This document shows, in pieces, positions 39,404-48,713 of a DNA stretch of 64,000 nucleotides. This stretch comes from Ruminococcus sp. (GTDB lineage: Bacteria; Bacillota; Clostridia; Lachnospirales; Lachnospiraceae). Made by a program: the position numbers and the translations under genes. Numbering within the stretch: position 1 is the first letter of the stretch; every line of letters begins with the position of its first letter. Location: NCBI GenBank assembly GCA_020024635.1, contig JAHHTL010000002.1, positions 19,139-83,138 on the forward strand. The letters are read 5' to 3'. The notes under the pieces were generated by a model, which was given only the letters and a program-made list of their open reading frames with translations, was not told the origin of the DNA and did not search any database.

Positions 39404-40477
39404 ATGTTAAGAATAGGGATGCTTACAAGTGGAGGAGACTGTCAGGCGTTAAATGCCGCAATGAGAGGGGTTGTAAAAGGGGTATGTTCGAAGCGTGATG
39501 ATGTAGAGATTTATGGATTTCAAGATGGCTATAAAGGACTGATCTATGGGAATTTTGAAATGCTCTCTTCAAAAGAGTTCTCGGGAATTTTAACAAGAGG
39601 GGGGACGATTCTTGGGACATCTCGCCAGCCATTTAAATTAATGCGTGTTCCAGATGAAAATGGTCTTGATAAAGTGGAAGCGATGAAACATACTTATCAT
39701 AAATTATGTTTGGATTGTATCGTGATTCTGGGAGGGAATGGAACCCATAAAACAGCAAATCTTTTACGGGAAGAAGGGTTAAATGTTATTACACTTCCTA
39801 AAACCATTGATAATGATCTGTGGGGAACGGATATGACATTTGGGTTTCAAAGTGCGGTGGATATTGCTACAGATACGATTGATCGAATTCATACAACAGC
39901 AACTTCTCATAGCCGCGTTTTTATTGTAGAAGTGATGGGACATAAAGTAGGGCATGTAACCCTCCATGCAGGAATTGCAGGAGGAGCAGATGTGATTCTT
40001 CTTCCGGAAATTCCTTATGATATTGAGGTCATTGTAGAAGTGATTCAAAAACGATCCGAGGCTGGGAAAGCTTTTACAATTATTGCGGTTGCAGAAGGAG
40101 CAATTTCAAAAGAAGATGCAAAATTAAAGAAAAAAGAGTATAAAGAAAAACTTGTGAATAGAACGTATCCTTCCATTGCATATGAGTTGGCAGAACAGAT
40201 TCGCGAACGCACGGATAAAGAGGTAAGAATTACCGTTCCTGGTCATACTCAAAGAGGAGGATCACCGTGTCCGTATGATCGTGTGTTTGCCACGAGAATG
40301 GGGGCAGCAGCATCACAATTAATTTTAAAGAAAGAATATGGATATATGTTAGGTGACAAAAATGGAAATACTATAAAAATGCCGCTGCAAGATGTGGCTG
40401 GTAAATTGAAATATGTAGATCCAGATTGTGGACTTATAAAGGAAGCCAAGATGATAGGAATTAGTTTTGGATGCTAA
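39404..40477 (+). CDS. pfkA: 6-phosphofructokinase
   Basis: MLTSGGDCQALN, LGGNGTH, KTIDNDL and VEVMGHKVG. The ATG at 39404 has RBS AAAGGAGGA. Confidence 0.9.
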   Translation: MLRIGMLTSGGDCQALNAAMRGVVKGVCSKRDDVEIYGFQDGYKGLIYGNFEMLSSKEFSGILTRGGTILGTSRQPFKLMRVPDENGLDKVEAMKHTYHKLCLDCIVILGGNGTHKTANLLREEGLNVITLPKTIDNDLWGTDMTFGFQSAVDIATDTIDRIHTTATSHSRVFIVEVMGHKVGHVTLHAGIAGGADVILLPEIPYDIEVIVEVIQKRSEAGKAFTIIAVAEGAISKEDAKLKKKEYKEKLVNRTYPSIAYELAEQIRERTDKEVRITVPGHTQRGGSPCPYDRVFATRMGAAASQLILKKEYGYMLGDKNGNTIKMPLQDVAGKLKYVDPDCGLIKEAKMIGISFGC

Positions 40478-40502
40478 AAATATAGAAACAGAGGTGGAGA
40501 AC

Positions 40503-42074
40503 ATGTCGTATACGGCGCTCTATAGGAAATTTCGTCCTTCTGAATTTGAAGACGTAAAAGGGCAAGATCATATTATAAAAACATTACAAAATCAGATTAA
40601 GGCAAACCGAATCGGGCATGCATATCTTTTTTGTGGAACGAGAGGAACAGGAAAAACAACGGTGGCTAAGATTTTTGCTAAAGCTGTAAACTGTGAACAT
40701 CCGATCAATGGAAGTCCATGTGGTGAATGTGAGATGTGTAAAACGATTGCAGCAGGAAAATCCATGAATGTGATCGAAATCGATGCAGCTTCCAATAATG
40801 GAGTTGATAATATTCGTGAAATCCGAGAAGAGGTTACCTATCGTCCAACAGAAGGCAAGTATAAAGTTTATATTATTGATGAGGTACATATGTTATCAGT
40901 TGGGGCTTTTAACGCTCTTTTGAAAACATTAGAAGAACCTCCGGAGTATGTGATCTTTCTTCTTGCTACCACAGAGAGACATAAAATCCCGATCACGATT
41001 TTGTCTCGTTGTCAACAATACGATTTTCGAAGAATTGGCATCGAAACCATTACGGATCGATTGCGTCAGTTAATGGATATAGAACAGGTGGAAGTAGAGG
41101 AGCGAGCGCTGCGTTATGTGGCAAAAGTAGCAGATGGTTCTATGAGAGATGCGTTAAGTTTGATTGACCAATGCATTGCATTTTATTTAGGCCAAAGACT
41201 GACATATGAAAATGTATTGGAAGTGTTAGGGGCGGTGGATACAGATGTATTTAGCAAACTGTTACGAAAAGTACTGAAAAGAGATGTGACAGGGGTACTT
41301 GAAATGGTAGAAGAATTGGTGATGGGCGGCCGTGAATTCACGCAGCTTGTGGCGGATTTTGTATGGTACTTAAGAAACTTGCTTCTCGTGAAAACTTCTG
41401 ATAATATAGAGGATGTGCTAGATGTATCTACGGAAAATCTAAAACAACTACAAGAAGAATCCAAGATGATTGAGACAGAAACATTGCTTCGATACATCCG
41501 TGTTTTTTCAGAATTGTCCGGACAGATTCGGTTTGCAACACAAAAAAGAGTGCTTCTTGAAGTAACTTTGATTAAAATGTGTATTCCAGCTATGGAAACG
41601 AATCAAGATTCCGTTCTTGACCGTGTTCGTGTATTGGAGGAAAAAGTGGAACAGGGAGCTTTTATGGCGCCGTCTTACGAACACAATAGAAGTCAGAGAA
41701 ATCAAGCAGATGGTGATGAAAAGCAACAAAAAAAACCAGAATTACCATGTGCTATTCCAGAGGATATTCAAGAAGTGGTGAAGAATTTCAGATCCATTGC
41801 AAATGAAGCATCTGGTTTACTAAAGACTTATTTAAAGAAAGCAAAATTAAGTCTTGGTGGGGAAAACCGATTAATGATTGTTTTGCCGGAACAGATGGAT
41901 GCTCAGATTGTAGGAGAAGACAGTAGACGACAGGAATTAGAAGAACTGATCGAAGAGAGGATTCATAAAAAAGTAGAGGTAGAAGTTCGTTGCGTTGAAC
42001 AAGGAAGACGCTTTGAAGATACATTTGTAGATATTGAGAAAAAAATAAATATGGATATCATAGTGGAGGACTAA
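40503..42074 (+). CDS. dnaX: DNA polymerase III subunit gamma/tau
   Basis: Walker [10 protein letters not shown] and zinc module [11 protein letters not shown]. The ATG at 40503 has RBS GAGGTGGAG. Followed by ybaB-recR, as is usual. Confidence 0.9.
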   Translation: MSYTALYRKFRPSEFEDVKGQDHIIKTLQNQIKANRIGHAYLFCGTRGTGKTTVAKIFAKAVNCEHPINGSPCGECEMCKTIAAGKSMNVIEIDAASNNGVDNIREIREEVTYRPTEGKYKVYIIDEVHMLSVGAFNALLKTLEEPPEYVIFLLATTERHKIPITILSRCQQYDFRRIGIETITDRLRQLMDIEQVEVEERALRYVAKVADGSMRDALSLIDQCIAFYLGQRLTYENVLEVLGAVDTDVFSKLLRKVLKRDVTGVLEMVEELVMGGREFTQLVADFVWYLRNLLLVKTSDNIEDVLDVSTENLKQLQEESKMIETETLLRYIRVFSELSGQIRFATQKRVLLEVTLIKMCIPAMETNQDSVLDRVRVLEEKVEQGAFMAPSYEHNRSQRNQADGDEKQQKKPELPCAIPEDIQEVVKNFRSIANEASGLLKTYLKKAKLSLGGENRLMIVLPEQMDAQIVGEDSRRQELEELIEERIHKKVEVEVRCVEQGRRFEDTFVDIEKKINMDIIVED

Positions 42075-42076
42075 AT

Positions 42077-42430
42077 ATGGCTAAAAGAGGTGGATTTCCG
42101 GGAGGCGGAATGCCAGGGAATATGGCGAATCTTATGAAACAGGCGCAGAAAATGCAGCGTCAAATGGAAGAACAGGCAAAAGAGCTTGAAAGCAAAGAGT
42201 TTACTGCAACTTCCGGTGGAGGAGCAGTGGAAGTAAAGGTTTCAGGAAAAAGAGAAATCGTAAGTGTAAAATTACAGGAAGAAGTTGTAGACCCAGATGA
42301 TATTGAAATGTTAGAAGATCTCATTGTTGCAGCAACCAATGAAGCACTTCGTCAAGTAGAGGAAGCGTCTGGATCAGCAATGAGCAAACTAACAGGTGGA
42401 TTTGGTGGCGGAATGCCAGGCTTATTCTAA
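42077..42430 (+). CDS. ybaB: YbaB/EbfC family nucleoid-associated protein
   Basis: 117 aa. [18 protein letters not shown] motif. Conserved dnaX-ybaB-recR synteny. Confidence 0.9.
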   Translation: MAKRGGFPGGGMPGNMANLMKQAQKMQRQMEEQAKELESKEFTATSGGGAVEVKVSGKREIVSVKLQEEVVDPDDIEMLEDLIVAATNEALRQVEEASGSAMSKLTGGFGGGMPGLF

Positions 42431-42514
42431 GACAGAGGATATAAAGGATCAGGCTCCGAAAAAAGAGTTTGATCCTTTTGGTATGTTTATATCAGTGATA
42501 GGAGTGCATAGCGT

Positions 42515-43111
42515 ATGGATTATTATAGCAATCAAATAAGCAGACTGATTGAAGAGTTTTCCAAATTACCTGGGATCGGTGCAAAATCAGCACAAAGACT
42601 TGCGTTTCATATTATCAATCTTCCCAAAGATCAAGTAGAAAATTTTGCGAAGGCAATGGTGGATGCAAGAAATAATGTAAAATACTGTCAACAATGTTGC
42701 ACCTTGACAGATCGGGAACTTTGCCCCATCTGCAGCAATCCGGATCGAGATCAAAAGACGATTATGGTTGTGGAAACTCCAAGAGATTTAGCGGCATATG
42801 AAAAGACTGGAAAATACAACGGAGTATACCATGTGCTTCATGGAGCAATTTCGCCAATGCTTGGTATAGGACCATCAGATATTCGTTTAAAAGAATTGAT
42901 TGAACGACTGCAAGGAGATGTCAATGAGGTGATTATTGCGACGAATTCCAGCTTGGAAGGGGAAACGACAGCGATGTATATTAGCAAATTGATTAAACCG
43001 GTGGGGATTAAAGTTAGCAGAATTGCAAGTGGAGTGCCGGTAGGTGGAGATTTGGAATACATTGATGAGGTTACCTTATTGCGGGCATTAGAAGGCAGAA
43101 CAGAATTATAG
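42515..43111 (+). CDS. recR: recombination protein RecR
   Basis: Hh[16 protein letters not shown]4 zinc finger CQQC...CPIC, and a Toprim domain. 198 aa. Confidence 0.95.
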   Translation: MDYYSNQISRLIEEFSKLPGIGAKSAQRLAFHIINLPKDQVENFAKAMVDARNNVKYCQQCCTLTDRELCPICSNPDRDQKTIMVVETPRDLAAYEKTGKYNGVYHVLHGAISPMLGIGPSDIRLKELIERLQGDVNEVIIATNSSLEGETTAMYISKLIKPVGIKVSRIASGVPVGGDLEYIDEVTLLRALEGRTEL

Positions 43112-43152
43112 AATTATTTTTGACGAAAAAACTGTTCTTTGGGAAAGGAGAC

Positions 43153-43181
43153 TTGACCTAATATAGGATAAAAGATATAAT
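43153..43181 (+). promoter_or_regulatory. sigma-A promoter for the transketolase genes
   Basis: TTGACC (43153-43158), 17-nt spacer, TATAAT (43176-43181). Confidence 0.55.
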
Positions 43182-43249
43182 TTAACAGAGTATAGTAGTC
43201 GTTATATAGAAGCAATTTGGTTAACATGTAGTAAGCAGGAGGGTATTCG

Positions 43250-44086
43250 ATGAATAAGTTAGAATTGATGAAGACTGCGAATGAAATCCGCAAAGGTATC
43301 ATAGAAGCAGTTCACAGTGCAAAGTCTGGACATCCAGGGGGATCTCTTTCGGCGGCAGATATATTTACTTATCTGTATTTCGAGGAGATGAACATAGATC
43401 CAGAAAATCCAAAAAAAGAAGACAGAGACAGATTTGTTCTTTCTAAGGGACATACAGCGCCTGGACTTTATTCTACATTGGCTCACAGAGGATTTTTCCC
43501 AGTAGAAGATTTGAAAACATTACGTCATGTAGGATCCTATCTTCAGGGGCATCCAGACATGAAGCATATACCGGGGGTAGATATGTCATCAGGATCCTTA
43601 GGTCAAGGAATCTCAGCAGCAGTAGGGATGGCGTTATCTGCAAAACTATCCAAAGCAGATTACAGAGTTTATACATTACTTGGAGATGGAGAGATTCAAG
43701 AAGGTCAGGTATGGGAAGCATCCATGCTTGCAGCATCAAGAAAACTTGACAATCTTGTAGTGATTGTAGATAACAACAATCTTCAGATTGATGGAACCAT
43801 TGAGGAAGTAAATTCTCCTTATCCAATCGACAAAAAATTTGAGGCGTTTAATTTCCATGTGATCAATATTGACGGAAATGATTTTGATCAAATCGATGCA
43901 GCATTTAAAGAAGCAAAGAAGGTAAAAGGACAGCCTACCGCTATTATTGCGAAGACAATTAAAGGCAAAGGTGTTTCTTTTATGGAAGATCAGGTTTCTT
44001 GGCATGGAGCAGCTCCAAATGATGAGCAGTTTGCAGTAGCTATGGAAGATTTAGAGAAAGCAGGTGAAGCATTATGTCAGATGTAA
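43250..44086 (+). CDS. transketolase, N-terminal (TPP-binding) subunit
   Basis: SGHPGGSLS, LGQGIS and LLGDGEIQEG motifs. 278 aa split form. Confidence 0.9.
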   Translation: MNKLELMKTANEIRKGIIEAVHSAKSGHPGGSLSAADIFTYLYFEEMNIDPENPKKEDRDRFVLSKGHTAPGLYSTLAHRGFFPVEDLKTLRHVGSYLQGHPDMKHIPGVDMSSGSLGQGISAAVGMALSAKLSKADYRVYTLLGDGEIQEGQVWEASMLAASRKLDNLVVIVDNNNLQIDGTIEEVNSPYPIDKKFEAFNFHVINIDGNDFDQIDAAFKEAKKVKGQPTAIIAKTIKGKGVSFMEDQVSWHGAAPNDEQFAVAMEDLEKAGEALCQM

Positions 44087-45012
44087 AGAAAATAGCAACA
44101 AGAGAAAGTTACGGGAAAGCTCTTCTTGAATTAGGAAAATTACATGACGATGTAGTTGTTTTAGATGCTGACCTAGCGTGTGCCACAAAAACAGGTGTAT
44201 TTCAAAAAGAATTTCCAGACAGACACTTTGACTGTGGAATCGCAGAAAGCAATATGATTGGAGTTGCGGCAGGGTTTGCGGCATCTGGTAAAGTTCCATT
44301 TGCCAGTTCTTTTGCTATGTTTGCGGCAGGGCGTGCATTTGAGCAGATTCGTAACTCGGTTGGATATCCTCACCTTAATGTGAAGATTGGAGCAACCCAT
44401 GCTGGAATTTCTGTTGGAGAAGATGGAGCTACCCATCAGTGTAATGAAGATATTGCGTTGATGAGAACAATTCCTGGGATGGTGATTATCAATCCATCAG
44501 ATGGAGTGGAAGCAGAAGCAGCGGTAAAAGCAGCATATGAACATGTGGGACCTGTTTACATGCGTTTTGGAAGATTTGCGATCCCAGTGATCAATGAGAG
44601 AGAAGATTACAAATTTGAGCTTGGAAAAGGTGTGGTACTCCGCGAAGGAAAGGATGTTACAATTATAGCATCTGGGCTTCCAGTAGCAGCATGTCTTGAG
44701 GCAGCAGATCGATTGGCAGAAGATGGAATTGATGCGAAAGTTGTTAATATCCATACAATTAAACCTTTGGATGAGGAACTTGTGATCGCCTCTGCAAAAG
44801 AAACGGGGAAAGTTGTTACGGTGGAAGAACATTCTGTTATTGGCGGACTTGGAAGCGCAGTATGTGATGTTCTTTCAGAGAATGCACCTACCAAAGTTAT
44901 GAAAATTGGTGTAAATGATAGATTTGGCGAATCTGGACCAGCAGCAGAACTGATCAAAAAGTATGGACTAGATGCAGAAAGTATTTATCAGAAAATTAAA
45001 AAGTTTGTATAG
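44074..45012 (+). CDS. transketolase, C-terminal (pyrimidine-binding) subunit
   Basis: FDCGIAESNM and EDGATHQ motifs. Overlaps the N-terminal subunit gene by 13 nt. Confidence 0.9.
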   Translation: MSDVKKIATRESYGKALLELGKLHDDVVVLDADLACATKTGVFQKEFPDRHFDCGIAESNMIGVAAGFAASGKVPFASSFAMFAAGRAFEQIRNSVGYPHLNVKIGATHAGISVGEDGATHQCNEDIALMRTIPGMVIINPSDGVEAEAAVKAAYEHVGPVYMRFGRFAIPVINEREDYKFELGKGVVLREGKDVTIIASGLPVAACLEAADRLAEDGIDAKVVNIHTIKPLDEELVIASAKETGKVVTVEEHSVIGGLGSAVCDVLSENAPTKVMKIGVNDRFGESGPAAELIKKYGLDAESIYQKIKKFV

Positions 45013-45026
45013 AGATTCAATTTTTC

Positions 45027-45064
45027 AAGGAGTCGTTTTCAGAATGATACGACTCCTTTTTCTT
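45027..45064 (+). terminator. rho-independent terminator
   Basis: Stem AAGGAGTCG / CGACTCCTT, followed by TTTTCTTTT. Confidence 0.8.
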
Positions 45065-45198
45065 TTGCGTATGAAAGGAAGAACTTCCGAAATAGGAGCG
45101 AAAAGAGGAAGATTTGTCGAATTCATCTGACATAGATTGATAAATTTATTCATTTACATATGCTATGCTTTAGAAAAAATATTTAAGAGGTGAGTGTA

Positions 45199-46389
45199 AT
45201 GGAAAGACAGATTCCTAAAAACGTACGTCAGATTGGTAATGTAAGTGGAAGTCCAAAAGTTTATGTTGAAGATTACGTAGATACATTTTTTACACAAATG
45301 TGTGAAAAAGCAGGAGAAGAACCGTTAGGCGCATTTCTAGTAGGAGAAACACAGAAGACAGAGGAAGAAGAATATATATACATATATGGAGCAATCCAAA
45401 TGCACGACTTAAAAATGGAAGACAAAAATTATGTGATTGATGAGGAAACCTGGAAGGATGCCTATGAGGATTGCAAAATGTATTTTGAAGAGGGGGAAAT
45501 GATTGGGTGGTTTGTGACACATTCTGGAACACCATTACAATTGGAAGGAAATATTGTAAAACTTCATAAAAAATCATTTCCAAAGCAAAATACCTTGTTT
45601 ATCATGAAAGATTCGGTAGAGAAAGAAGAGGTATTTTATATACAAAAATTTAATGATCTAATAGAAATGGGAGGACATTATACATATTATGAGAAAAATC
45701 CTTCTATGCAAAACTATATGATTGCAGCGAGAAAGAAAAATGGGGTGAGTCCCTCGGAAACTGTGGAAGATCGAGCGACAAAGGATTTTCGCAGCGTTAT
45801 AAAAAGCAGGGAAGAAAGGCAGAGAAAAAAATCAAATCACATGCTCCATGTGGCCAGTGCATGCTTGGTGGTAGTGGTTCTTGCCATGTTTGCTGCCACA
45901 ATGAATAATCTAGATAAAATGAAATCAGTACAGACAGCGTTGAATAAAATCACTGCAGAAAATTTATCGAATCAGGATTCTTTAGCGGATGAGGAAACAG
46001 ATCAATCGCAAGAGGATACAACAGAGGAAGCAAAAGACAAACAAGAAGAATCAAAAACGAAGCCAAATCAGGCAGATTATGAGAATGATACGACAAAAGA
46101 TGATGTGACACAGGATAACATGACACAAGAGCAAAAAGGACAAGACAGTGAAGGGATAGAACAAAAAGACGAGGAACGTGTTTCTAGTGACACTGTGCAA
46201 GGAAGAACGATGGAAAACAACGTGACAAACGGAGACAATGGAGTATACATTGTGGAGCAAGGAGATACGTTGGTTATTATAAGTAAAAAGATATACGGCG
46301 ATATGGACCATGTAGATGTAATCTGTAAAATGAATGGATTGGAAGATGGTAATCTTATTTACGTGGGACAAAAACTGGTGCTGCCATAA
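45199..46389 (+). CDS. membrane protein with N-terminal cytoplasmic degenerate MPN/JAB-like domain, one TM, acidic linker and C-terminal LysM domain
   Basis: TM segment VASACLVVVVLAMFAATM. C-terminal LysM YIVEQGDTLVIISKKIYG...IYVGQKLVLP. N-terminal GWFVTHSG resembles a decayed JAMM motif. The ATG at 45199 has RBS AAGAGGTGA. Confidence 0.7.
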   Translation: MERQIPKNVRQIGNVSGSPKVYVEDYVDTFFTQMCEKAGEEPLGAFLVGETQKTEEEEYIYIYGAIQMHDLKMEDKNYVIDEETWKDAYEDCKMYFEEGEMIGWFVTHSGTPLQLEGNIVKLHKKSFPKQNTLFIMKDSVEKEEVFYIQKFNDLIEMGGHYTYYEKNPSMQNYMIAARKKNGVSPSETVEDRATKDFRSVIKSREERQRKKSNHMLHVASACLVVVVLAMFAATMNNLDKMKSVQTALNKITAENLSNQDSLADEETDQSQEDTTEEAKDKQEESKTKPNQADYENDTTKDDVTQDNMTQEQKGQDSEGIEQKDEERVSSDTVQGRTMENNVTNGDNGVYIVEQGDTLVIISKKIYGDMDHVDVICKMNGLEDGNLIYVGQKLVLP

Positions 46390-46434
46390 AGTTTGTGCTA
46401 TACTTCAATCATAAAAAAGTATAAGGGGAGACAT

Positions 46435-47628
46435 ATGATACGAAAGAAAAATGTAGATCTGCATCTTGTGAGTGATTGGGATTCGGACAAGCAGCAGGGA
46501 AATATTCGAAGAAAAAAGTTGAAACGGTCGCATCGTTGGATGATTTATATGTTACTAATTATAATGATAGTGTGTGGTACGCTTTTGCTTCTTGAAAATC
46601 AAACCTATACAAAGTTGTTGAAAGTTGCCACATATGAGGCGAATACTTCGGATGCCAATCAGTATGCGACATTTGAAAATGGTTTGGTGCGTTATAGTCG
46701 AGATGGGATTGTTTATTTGGATCGAAAAAATAAAGAACGTTGGATTCAACCCTGTCAGATGAAAAATCCAGACATAAAAGTTGTGGGACAAACATTTGCA
46801 GTTTCAGATATTGGTGGGAATTCCATTATGGTATTTAATGAGCAAGGAATAAAAGGGGAGATGAAAACTACCAGACCAATTGAAAAGTTCACGATTTCGT
46901 CGCAAGGAATCGTAGGAGTAATTCTAAATAGTGAAGATGCTCCAATTATTACACTTTATGATGCAATGGGGAATATATTGGTTGAATATACGGTTCCAGT
47001 AGGTACGCTTGGTTATCCGATTGCTCTTGAGTTATCTCAAGATGGGAAGATTCTGGGGGTTTCCTATCTGTTTACGAAAGGCGGAGTTTTAGAGTCCAAA
47101 GTGGTATTTTATAATTTTGGAGAAAAAGGAAATGAAAATACAGATTATCAAGTGACACAAGATACATATAAAGATAAAATTATTCCAGAAATCTATGCCC
47201 TTGATCAAAATTCTTTTGTGGCAGTTAGCGATGATTCCTTTCTCGTTTATGAGGGGGATGAGGTGCCCAAAAAGAAGAGAGAAGTGCAACTTAAACAAGA
47301 GATAAGAAGTAGTTTTCATACAGAAAAATACATTGGTTTTATTCTGCTCAATCAAGACAAATCGGGCTATGAAGCGAGAGTGTATCGTAAAGATGGAAAA
47401 CAACTTATGAGCAAAGAGTTTTCAGGTGAATATACGGATGTAAAAATGGTACAAGGTGATATCATCATGAATTCAGGAAAAAATGCCTGCATTATTACAA
47501 AAAACGGAACGATAAAATTTCAAGGTGAGTTTACTACCGAGGTTTTGGAAATCATTCCTACGTTTGGCTTTCACAGATATTTAATGGTAAGTGCAGAAGA
47601 ATTAAGTGTTGTTTATCTTATAAAGTAG
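46435..47628 (+). CDS. membrane-anchored repeat (beta-propeller-like) protein, possibly DUF5711 family
   Basis: Basic N-terminus, a single TM (MIYMLLIIMIVCGTLLLL), then a beta-rich extracytoplasmic region. The ATG at 46435 has RBS AAGGGGAG. Confidence 0.55.
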   Translation: MIRKKNVDLHLVSDWDSDKQQGNIRRKKLKRSHRWMIYMLLIIMIVCGTLLLLENQTYTKLLKVATYEANTSDANQYATFENGLVRYSRDGIVYLDRKNKERWIQPCQMKNPDIKVVGQTFAVSDIGGNSIMVFNEQGIKGEMKTTRPIEKFTISSQGIVGVILNSEDAPIITLYDAMGNILVEYTVPVGTLGYPIALELSQDGKILGVSYLFTKGGVLESKVVFYNFGEKGNENTDYQVTQDTYKDKIIPEIYALDQNSFVAVSDDSFLVYEGDEVPKKKREVQLKQEIRSSFHTEKYIGFILLNQDKSGYEARVYRKDGKQLMSKEFSGEYTDVKMVQGDIIMNSGKNACIITKNGTIKFQGEFTTEVLEIIPTFGFHRYLMVSAEELSVVYLIK

Positions 47629-47636
47629 GAGTTGAT

Positions 47637-48350
47637 ATGAAAAATTGGTTATTAATTGTAGTAATAATGATATTTGCAGTGTGCATAATCATGGGGGCGA
47701 CGCGAGGATTTTTGAAAATGAGTTTGTCCCTGTTTTCAACAATTTTGTTAGTGGCGTTGATTAGTTTTCTAAATCCATATGTATCCAATGTGCTATCTAA
47801 GCATACGCCTGTACAAAAAACATTAGAAAAAAAATGTAAAGTTGTCCTGTTTGATAAATTTTCCGATGAAATAAAAGAACCTCAAAATCCAGATATGTTG
47901 TCTTTGGAAGAGCAGATTCAATATATAGAGGAGACGTATCTTCCAGCTTTTATTAAGGAAAGGCTGATTGAAAATAATAACACGCAGATTTATAAAGAAC
48001 TTGGAGTGGAAGTATTTACGGATTTTGCAGCGGCATATGTGGCAAGAATGATTTTAAGAATTATTTCATTTTTGGTTACATTTCTTGTGGCGCTGATTGT
48101 GATAAGGATTTTACTTGCAACGGCAGGGATTATAGAAATGATACCTGTGATAGGAGGAATCAACCGACTGATCGGCATGGCGGCTGGTTTTGTGATTGCG
48201 GTACTGATTGTATGGGTGTTGTTTCTGGCCTTGACGGTAATGAATTCGACAGAATTCGGACGAGCCGGGATACAGATGATCAATGATAACGAATGGTTAT
48301 CTTTTCTTTATGAGCATAATTTATTACTTCGTGGTATTTTGAAATTTTAA
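47637..48350 (+). CDS. CvpA family membrane protein
   Basis: 237 aa. Four hydrophobic helices with a CvpA-like N-terminus (LLIVVIMIFAVCIIMGATRGFLKMS). Confidence 0.65.
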   Translation: MKNWLLIVVIMIFAVCIIMGATRGFLKMSLSLFSTILLVALISFLNPYVSNVLSKHTPVQKTLEKKCKVVLFDKFSDEIKEPQNPDMLSLEEQIQYIEETYLPAFIKERLIENNNTQIYKELGVEVFTDFAAAYVARMILRIISFLVTFLVALIVIRILLATAGIIEMIPVIGGINRLIGMAAGFVIAVLIVWVLFLALTVMNSTEFGRAGIQMINDNEWLSFLYEHNLLLRGILKF

Positions 48351-48390
48351 TCTGGAAAGATAAGAAAAATAAAATGTTTTAAAAATACTA

Positions 48391-48419
48391 TTGACGATAT
48401 ATAAATAGTGTGCTATACT
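48391..48419 (+). promoter_or_regulatory. sigma-A promoter for the tRNA-Ala/tRNA-Asn operon
   Basis: TTGACG (48391-48396), 17-nt spacer, TATACT (48414-48419). Confidence 0.6.
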
Positions 48420-48448
48420 ACAAAAGTTGTTACAGATAACAACTTTTT

Positions 48449-48521
48449 GGGGGATTAGCTCAGTTGGGAGAGCGCCTGCCTTGCAAGCAGGAGGTCACGA
48501 GTTCGAATCTCGTATTCTCCA
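48449..48521 (+). tRNA. tRNA-Ala (anticodon UGC)
   Basis: Cloverleaf folded by hand. Acceptor GGGGGAT/ATTCTCC with the G3:U70 identity pair. Anticodon loop CTTGCAA. T-loop GTTCGAATC. No CCA is encoded. Confidence 0.9.
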
Positions 48522-48558
48522 TTTGTTTGGTTTTTGATCAAACATAAAGTGCATATAA

Positions 48559-48630
48559 TCCTCGATAGCTCAGCGGCAGAGCATTCGGCTGTTAACCGAA
48601 GGGTCGTTGGTTCGAACCCAACTCGGGGAG
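48559..48630 (+). tRNA. tRNA-Asn (anticodon GUU)
   Basis: Acceptor TCCTCGA/TCGGGGA. Anticodon arm TTCGG-CTGTTAA-CCGAA. T-arm GTTGG-TTCGAAC-CCAAC. Confidence 0.9.
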
Positions 48631-48634
48631 CTTC

Positions 48635-48668
48635 AAAGTCCTATAAACAAAACGTTTATAGGACTTTT
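48635..48668 (+). terminator. rho-independent terminator after tRNA-Asn
   Basis: 14-bp stem AAAGTCCTATAAAC / GTTTATAGGACTTT, followed by T residues. Confidence 0.85.
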
Positions 48669-48713
48669 GCTATAAGTAAATTTAAAGACTTTTCTGTGGA
48701 ATGGAGTGATGGA

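Noticed and set aside
48534-48713. N-terminal 60-codon extension of the SNF transporter ORF
   Set aside because: The extension is read straight through tRNA-Asn and its terminator. The first start downstream of the terminator (48714) gives a normal NSS-family N-terminus.
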